In this document: in pieces, positions 35,019 to 39,858 of the stretch
How the letters are laid out: each line of letters begins with the position of its first letter
Numbering within the stretch: the first letter of the stretch is position 1
Virus record (IMG/VR): IMGVR_UViG_3300026522_000061
Length of the DNA: 39,858 nucleotides
Direction: 5' to 3' (one strand)
DNA from: a virus
The notes under the pieces: model-generated
Databases searched by the model: none
What the model saw: the letters and a program-made list of their open reading frames with translations, nothing else
What the model was told of the DNA's origin: nothing
Made by a program: the position numbers and the translations under genes

Positions 35019-35084
35019 AGTGCCCGCACTGCGTGTACGTCCAACTCGGTTAGCCGCAGTACCGCTTCCGGCTGTGCTTTGTTG

Positions 35085-36272
35085 TCAGTAGTCGCCATCT
35101 CTTATACGCTGTAGGGTTCTTGTTCTTAACCTGTATTTCTTCTTTACGGCCACTACGTCGTAGTGTCCTTTAATGTACACCCACTTAAATACCCGGCTGT
35201 CCATCCGTTGCAAAACCTTGCGCCGCGTGTTATACTCATTGCAGTGGCGAAAGCATCCCAAATAGCTGTTAATGCTATCCACTGCGTGCAGAACTTCGGG
35301 CACAGTCTCTGCCCGGTTCAGTCTGCGCACGGCCATTATAGCGTTTGTTATCGTATGGTTTGCGGTATATACGCGGTCTTTCTTTACAACACTGCCAGTA
35401 AACTGCACGCCCCTGCTGTAGTGCTGCAAATAGAACTTGTGCGGATGCAGCGTTAGCCCGTAAAGCTGTAGCAGGGTGCGGATATACGGCACTGCTGCCA
35501 GCAGGCGCGCTTTGTCCTTATCCACTATGTAGAAATCATCCACATACCTGCCGACATACTGAAAGCCCAAAGACTTGATTAAATACCAGTCCAGCACGTT
35601 TAGCAGGAAATTGGCGAAAAGCTGGCTAAATAGGTTGCCTATGGCTACGCCCAAACCCTCGCCGTTTGTAAATAGGGATTTGTTGGGCGGCAGATAGTCC
35701 CAGTAGCTTGCAGGGCTGTGGCGTTCACAGTTCTTTTCGGGTTCGTGCAGTACCACTGTGCGGCAAAGGAAACGCAGCGTATCTTTGTCTGCCTCGTTGT
35801 GGTAGTTCTCCACTACAAAAGCGTCCACCATATCGGCCAGCATCTTTTTGTTTATGCTCATAAAGAAACCCTGCAAATCCAGTTTCATTATATAGCAGTC
35901 CTGCGTATAGTTCACGCTGCACTGGCGCACGTCCTCGCGCAGCATATTGATGCCGTACAGCTGCCCTTTGCCTTTTCTACAGTTGAAAGTGCGCGGGCTA
36001 AATATCTGCTCAAACAGCGGCTCCAGTCGTAGGGCTATCCAGTGGTGTACTATTCTATCCTCAAAAGTAGCCGCGAATACTTCCCGATACCTCGGACGCG
36101 TAACGACAAAGCACATAGATTTACCGGGGCGGTAGGTACGTGCGTTAATGCGGTCTCGCAGGGCTATTAACTTGCCCTCGTAGTCCATTTCGTACACTAT
36201 CGCGCTGGCTGTTTTCCGCTTCCTTTTACGGCAGTCGTAATACGCTTCTAATAATCCCTCGGTCGTAATCAT
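35085..36272 (-). CDS. DGR reverse transcriptase
   Basis: 395 aa with an RYVDDF catalytic motif and the DGR-specific IGNLFSQ ([LIV]GxxxSQ) motif. It lies immediately 3' of the TR. Confidence 0.92.
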   Translation of the reverse strand: MITTEGLLEAYYDCRKRKRKTASAIVYEMDYEGKLIALRDRINARTYRPGKSMCFVVTRPRYREVFAATFEDRIVHHWIALRLEPLFEQIFSPRTFNCRKGKGQLYGINMLREDVRQCSVNYTQDCYIMKLDLQGFFMSINKKMLADMVDAFVVENYHNEADKDTLRFLCRTVVLHEPEKNCERHSPASYWDYLPPNKSLFTNGEGLGVAIGNLFSQLFANFLLNVLDWYLIKSLGFQYVGRYVDDFYIVDKDKARLLAAVPYIRTLLQLYGLTLHPHKFYLQHYSRGVQFTGSVVKKDRVYTANHTITNAIMAVRRLNRAETVPEVLHAVDSINSYLGCFRHCNEYNTRRKVLQRMDSRVFKWVYIKGHYDVVAVKKKYRLRTRTLQRIRDGDY

Positions 36273-36305
36273 ATCGTATAGCTATCGCGCGTTTTGGTTA
36301 TCTGC

Positions 36306-36413
36306 AAAAGTGCTGAAACGGGGCGAACTCTGTTCGTGTTCGTCGCCTTAGTGTTGTTGTTCGCGTTGCCGTTGTTGAGGTTCAAATTCCACGCGTTGGT
36401 CGCGCTGTACTCG
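36306..36413 (-). repeat. DGR template repeat (TR), adenine-rich on the coding strand with 11 AAY codons
   Basis: Pairs with VR1 and VR2. It reads ...EYSATNAWNLNLNNGNANNNTKATNTNRVRPVSA. Weak homology with an indel continues to about 36420. Confidence 0.9.
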
Positions 36414-36541
36414 CAACTCCGTGCCGCCCTTGCCTTGGGCTGGATGCCCTCAGCCATAACTATAAATGATAGTGCGCGGCCCATTTTTACACAGATAACT
36501 ATTTGCACGCTTGATTAGTCGTAACCTTTCAATTCCGGCAG

Positions 36542-36925
36542 TTAATCAGGTCTGCTGTCTAACTTGATTAACGAATTTTTCCACGCGGTCGCCTGCTTGC
36601 CTATAGCGTCCATCAGTTCGATAATATCCGCGTGGCTGCTTCTGCCTAAAATCCATTTCCGTTCGCCCGCTATGCGCATCAGCGTCTTCAAAACCTCAAA
36701 CTCCGACTGGAAATTAACCAAATGCTGTATGCGCGTCGCGCGGTCTCTATTTATGTATGCTGCCGTTATCTCGGATATTAGGTTTACCGAAATTTCGTGC
36801 ATCTTGTTACCTATGGTAAACTTGTATTCACGCGGAAAGTTTGGCGTAACGTCTAACACTTTGTCGATTAGCTTACGGCAGTCTAAATAGATTTGCTGGT
36901 TAGATACCAGTTTGGATTTGTTCAT
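36542..36925 (-). CDS. avd: DGR accessory variability determinant (four-helix-bundle protein)
   Basis: 127-aa basic helical protein between the target gene and the TR, the canonical Avd position. It contains an FPREYKF..GNKM motif. Confidence 0.8.
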   Translation of the reverse strand: MNKSKLVSNQQIYLDCRKLIDKVLDVTPNFPREYKFTIGNKMHEISVNLISEITAAYINRDRATRIQHLVNFQSEFEVLKTLMRIAGERKWILGRSSHADIIELMDAIGKQATAWKNSLIKLDSRPD

Positions 36926-36954
36926 AACGGGGTATTTGGAAATTTCTTTAGTTT

Positions 36955-36974
36955 GGTACGGCTTTCGCCGTACC
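36955..36974 (-). promoter_or_regulatory. Hairpin 3' of VR1: GGTACGGC, TTTC loop, GCCGTACC
   Basis: Perfect 8-bp stem, 35 nt beyond the VR1 boundary. The flanking sequence cTTAAAG..TAAAG..TAACTATTAAC is shared with the VR2 locus. Confidence 0.7.
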
Positions 36975-37002
36975 TTAAAGGATAAAGTTTAACTATTAAC
37001 CA

Positions 37003-37764
37003 CTAATATAAAAATGCTGAAACGGGGCGAACTCTGAACGTGGACGTCGCCTTAGGGTAGGTGCTCGCGGAGCCGTAGCCGAGGGGCAAATACCACGCGT
37101 AGGTCGCGCTGAACTCGGTAGAACTCCAGTACCACGTTTCTGCCAGCTGTGTTGCTCCCTCTATCATCGATAATGCGTAATTGATTTTACGCATATTCGC
37201 GTAGATGCAAAACAGCTCACCCAGCGACGGTAGCCACCATCGGCCTGCGGTCAGTCCTTCGCCGTTGGCATTAACGCGGCTGTAGGCTGCGCAGAAACCC
37301 GGTGCGTAGGATGCCGTATTACATTCCGCGTGCGTAATCTGCGCTGCGGTGTTGGCCTTTCCTGCCCAGTCGTTCATCACCGTAATGCGGTCTGAGGTGG
37401 TAACGCCGCCACCGCTAACGGCTGCGCTGCTCCACGTTAATGCGGTCTCGGTTGGCGATACTACCAGTATCTTGCCGCCCTCCACAACTACCACGCCCTC
37501 GGCTATCTCGCCGCTGTTTTGGTAGCTCGTCCACTTGTCGGGTTTCACCATAAGCGGGTAATTATCGCTGTTTCTGTGAAACATAATAAATACTCCGTCG
37601 TTGATGCTATTAAGGTTGATACCAGCCAGCAAAGCCTCTTTTAAGTTTGCCAGCGTTACTTTAGTCACGTTACCGCTGCCGTCGGTTAGCGGTATGTACT
37701 GCGACGCGTTCACGGTGCTAACCGTCGTTACGTCTTTAAGTGTCTTTGTTTTCTTCGTTGCCAT
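37003..37764 (-). CDS. DGR target protein 1 (tail-fibre-associated, DUF1566 / C-type-lectin-fold-like C-terminus carrying VR1)
   Basis: The C-terminus reads WYWSSTEFSATYAWYLPLGYGSASTYPKATSTFRVRPVSAFLY. Located directly downstream of the tail-fibre genes. Confidence 0.9.
   Translation of the reverse strand: MATKKTKTLKDVTTVSTVNASQYIPLTDGSGNVTKVTLANLKEALLAGINLNSINDGVFIMFHRNSDNYPLMVKPDKWTSYQNSGEIAEGVVVVEGGKILVVSPTETALTWSSAAVSGGGVTTSDRITVMNDWAGKANTAAQITHAECNTASYAPGFCAAYSRVNANGEGLTAGRWWLPSLGELFCIYANMRKINYALSMIEGATQLAETWYWSSTEFSATYAWYLPLGYGSASTYPKATSTFRVRPVSAFLY
37010..37117 (-). repeat. DGR variable repeat VR1
   Basis: Aligned to TR 36306-36413. Across the hand-checked core (TR 36311-36413) there are 18 mismatches, all at TR coding-strand adenines. 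Confidence 0.9.
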
Positions 37765-37792
37765 ATCTTAAACTTTAGATAATAATATATTA

Positions 37793-39172
37793 TTATTCGC
37801 CCGTATATAGGCCCTCTATAGCGTACCACGCGCCGTTAATGCTCTTAAATTTACAGACGCAATTAGGACACATATATACAGTTGTGCCCCCGTAGTCTAT
37901 GTATTTGGCTTGGTAATTTTCCACTACCGCGCCATAAGAGCTATCCCCTTCTATTGCATACGAGTTAGCTTTAACGTATAGGCTGTCGCTGCCGTTACTT
38001 TCGACAAAAGTCATTTTGTCAGGGTTCCATCCGCTATTAAGTAGCTTAGTAAAAATCTGTATCTCTAATCCATCGTAAAGGCCCGCTTTAGGTAGTGTCA
38101 CATATCGGTGATTAGTCGGTTCGTCCACCAAAAAACTGCAACACGGCTCGACTTGTGGATTTATTATGTACTCTCTATTTGTTGCTGTAGTAATTGTTTT
38201 AGTCGGGCTGTAGTAAAGCTGCGCTTTTACGATGCCCTCCAGCGTGCTGTTACCTTTTACAGTAATGTTGTTAAACGTGCCGCTATTGCATATTACGTTA
38301 CCGTCTTTAGCTCTGAACACTACGTTACCGTTAGCGTCTTTCATATCTATGGCTTCCACGCCCAAATTTTTAACCAGCGCGTAGGTAGCCAGCAGGATTT
38401 TAGTAGCTACCAGCTCGATTTTGTCGCCCAGCTGCCAATAGCCGTTATTTATGGCTGTAGTGCTTCCGGGGTAATTGCTGGCCGTCTTGGTGTGGCTCTT
38501 TACACAGCTGTAGTAGTTATCACCATATATAACCACGTCCTGCCATTTCTCGCCCGCGCCCCCAGCTTGGAAAGCGTAGCCCGTGGCGCAGTCACTCCAC
38601 GCCTGCGGGCCGCGCAGTACCGCGCCCCGCTCTCCCTTTTCGCCGGTGTCGCCCTTCGTTCCCACCATCTCGGAGGCCGCGGGTATCCACGCCGTAGCGG
38701 CGGCGTTAGCGCCCATGGTCACCACGGCCCATTTGACGTAAGTGCCCGAGGCGTAGCTTGACGCCCCGCTCGTCTCATGGAAGAACGTGAATTGCAGGAG
38801 CTGTGCGGCGCTGAGCCCTGACTTGGCCTTGTACGTCCACTGATAGCTCTCTATGACCTCCGTCTTGCTCTCCAGCGTCGCTACCATCTGCGTACCGCTG
38901 TCCTGGAATACCTTGATAACCGTGTCCGCACTGTCCACCTTGTAGCAGACTGTCAGCGTACAGAGCGTGCCGTCAGCGGGCTTGCTGCCGTCCCACGCGT
39001 ATTGCCCTATAAGGTAGGCCGAGGACGAGAGCTTCTTGTTCGCGCCTTTCAGGAGATTGGGCTGATAGTTGTCTCCCTTTTCTCCCTTGGCACCAGCGGC
39101 ACCCGCCTCGCCCGTTGCTCCCTTTTCGCCCTTGCGGATAAACTTAACTACTTGTGTCCTTGATACGCCCAT
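37793..39172 (-). CDS. Tail fibre protein with collagen-like G-X-Y stretches
   Basis: 459 aa containing KGEKGATGEAGAAGAKGEKGD and GTKGDTGEKGERG. Confidence 0.8.
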   Translation of the reverse strand: MGVSRTQVVKFIRKGEKGATGEAGAAGAKGEKGDNYQPNLLKGANKKLSSSAYLIGQYAWDGSKPADGTLCTLTVCYKVDSADTVIKVFQDSGTQMVATLESKTEVIESYQWTYKAKSGLSAAQLLQFTFFHETSGASSYASGTYVKWAVVTMGANAAATAWIPAASEMVGTKGDTGEKGERGAVLRGPQAWSDCATGYAFQAGGAGEKWQDVVIYGDNYYSCVKSHTKTASNYPGSTTAINNGYWQLGDKIELVATKILLATYALVKNLGVEAIDMKDANGNVVFRAKDGNVICNSGTFNNITVKGNSTLEGIVKAQLYYSPTKTITTATNREYIINPQVEPCCSFLVDEPTNHRYVTLPKAGLYDGLEIQIFTKLLNSGWNPDKMTFVESNGSDSLYVKANSYAIEGDSSYGAVVENYQAKYIDYGGTTVYMCPNCVCKFKSINGAWYAIEGLYTGE

Positions 39173-39175
39173 AGC

Positions 39176-39858
39176 CTACAGTACGCTGGTAATGGTTACT
39201 GATACGTCGCCGCCCGCCTGCACACAGTGCGCACGGGTAACGGTTTGGCTGGTTTTCGGTGTGGTTCTGTCGCTGTTGAGGTAAACGCCTGCCGCATCTT
39301 TCAGCACGAAATAAAACTGCGTGTCTAACGCCTTGGTGCTGGTTCCGCGCGTCACCACTACCGGGGTGTACGTTACTTGGCCGTTGCCCGTGGTGTCCTC
39401 GGTTATCGCCTCATCTTCGGGCGACGGGTGCGGGTCTATATCGTAGGGGTCGCTGGTGTCCATCACGCTCTGTATATCGCTGCCTATCTCGGCACCGGCA
39501 CGGTAAACGTGTACGCGGTACTCGCCATAGGTGTTAATATCATCGGCCCTAACCGTCAGCGTCTGCGCGGTAGCCCCCGTAATGGTTTCCCAGCCGGTCG
39601 CGCCCATCTTCTCCCATACGTAGGTTAAATCCTTGGTCAGCGCGTTACCGCTTTGGTAGGCCATCGCTTTCAGTATGCAGCTGCCGTCCTTGGTGGTAAT
39701 AACAAAGTTCTTGGTATCGCCTGCCGCGATTGTAACGCGGTAGCTGCTGCCCGTAGCCTGCTGGATAGGTATAGTATAGCTGGCTTGTATCGTGTCGCTC
39801 TGCGTGCCATACGATACGGTGGCTACCATCTTTATAACCGCGGGTGCATAGCCAGCCA
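39176..39858 (-). CDS. 3' part of the wrapped Ig-like tail-associated protein gene (joins 1-488)
   Basis: The track ORF 39176-39829 begins at an internal Met. The frame stays open to the window edge and through the repeat into 128-488. Confidence 0.75.
   Translation of the reverse strand, partial: AGYAPAVIKMVATVSYGTQSDTIQASYTIPIQQATGSSYRVTIAAGDTKNFVITTKDGSCILKAMAYQSGNALTKDLTYVWEKMGATGWETITGATAQTLTVRADDINTYGEYRVHVYRAGAEIGSDIQSVMDTSDPYDIDPHPSPEDEAITEDTTGNGQVTYTPVVVTRGTSTKALDTQFYFVLKDAAGVYLNSDRTTPKTSQTVTRAHCVQAGGDVSVTITSVL
39732..39858. repeat. Terminal direct repeat, copy B (identical to 1-127)
   Basis: Same as copy A. Confidence 0.95.

Larger units (their letters stand above)
1..39858. mobile_element. 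Complete temperate tailed-phage genome (siphovirus-like, HK97-type head), circularly permuted; unique length 39,731 bp
   Basis: All modules are present: packaging, head, tail, lysis, lysogeny, replication. An exact 127-bp terminal overlap closes the circle. Confidence 0.85.

Noticed and set aside
35085-36272. The RT as a retron, group II intron, Abi/DRT defence RT or mobile retrotransposon
   Set aside because: There is a paired TR and two VRs with adenine-only mismatches, an Avd-like gene and the [LIV]GxxxSQ motif. There is no intron RNA domain context, no maturase or endonuclease domains, and no msr/msd-like inverted repeats.
36377-36392. GGTTCAAATTCC resembling a tRNA T-arm
   Set aside because: It lies inside the TR with no acceptor or anticodon arms around it. 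I recognised no tRNA, rRNA or CRISPR array anywhere in the window, and the tandem repeats in the tape measure and the origin iterons are not CRISPR-like.
36269-36508. 79-aa minus-strand ORF ending ...NLNLNNGNANNNTKATNTNRVRPVSALLQITKTRDSYTI
   Set aside because: It is the template repeat read in the ancestral target frame. The Asn-rich segment is the AAY-codon TR, and the ORF overlaps the RT start. It is treated as non-coding TR RNA, not a gene.

Overview
This window is a complete, circularly permuted genome of a temperate siphovirus-type phage or prophage. Bases 1-127 repeat exactly at 39732-39858, so the unique length is 39,731 bp, and one tail gene wraps across the junction. Almost all genes are on the minus strand. 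Going down in coordinates from about 31004, the modules are: early and replication genes (excisionase-like HTH, DUF2800-like nuclease, DUF2815-like SSB, family-A DNA polymerase, DNA methyltransferase, primase/VirE helicase, VRR-NUC, SNF2 helicase), then HNH with terS/terL, portal, protease, HK97-like capsid, connectors, major tail protein, a G/GT chaperone pair with an A9 slippery run, tape measure and tail/fibre genes. After the wrap come an Ig-like protein, a collagen-like tail fibre, a diversity-generating retroelement (DGR) and a lysis cassette. The plus strand carries only a lysogeny module (repressor, secreted protein, tyrosine integrase) and a lower-GC three-gene island between portal and terminase. 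TTTG-N19-TAnnTTTG promoters, absent Shine-Dalgarno sequences and the integrase type suggest a Bacteroidota host. The main finding is the complete DGR: target-VR1, avd, TR and RT at 35085-37764, plus a second remote target with VR2 at 24187-24858 inside the replication module. All 18 TR/VR1 and all 15 TR/VR2 differences fall on template adenines. Secondary observations include covarying hairpins 3' of both VRs, an iteron-rich AT-rich putative origin, near-absence of GATC, a C9 tract in the methyltransferase, a face-to-face promoter and operator switch, a u-spanin-like lipoprotein and a compositionally mosaic tail fibre. All protein family calls come from reading motifs and synteny by eye, with no database search.
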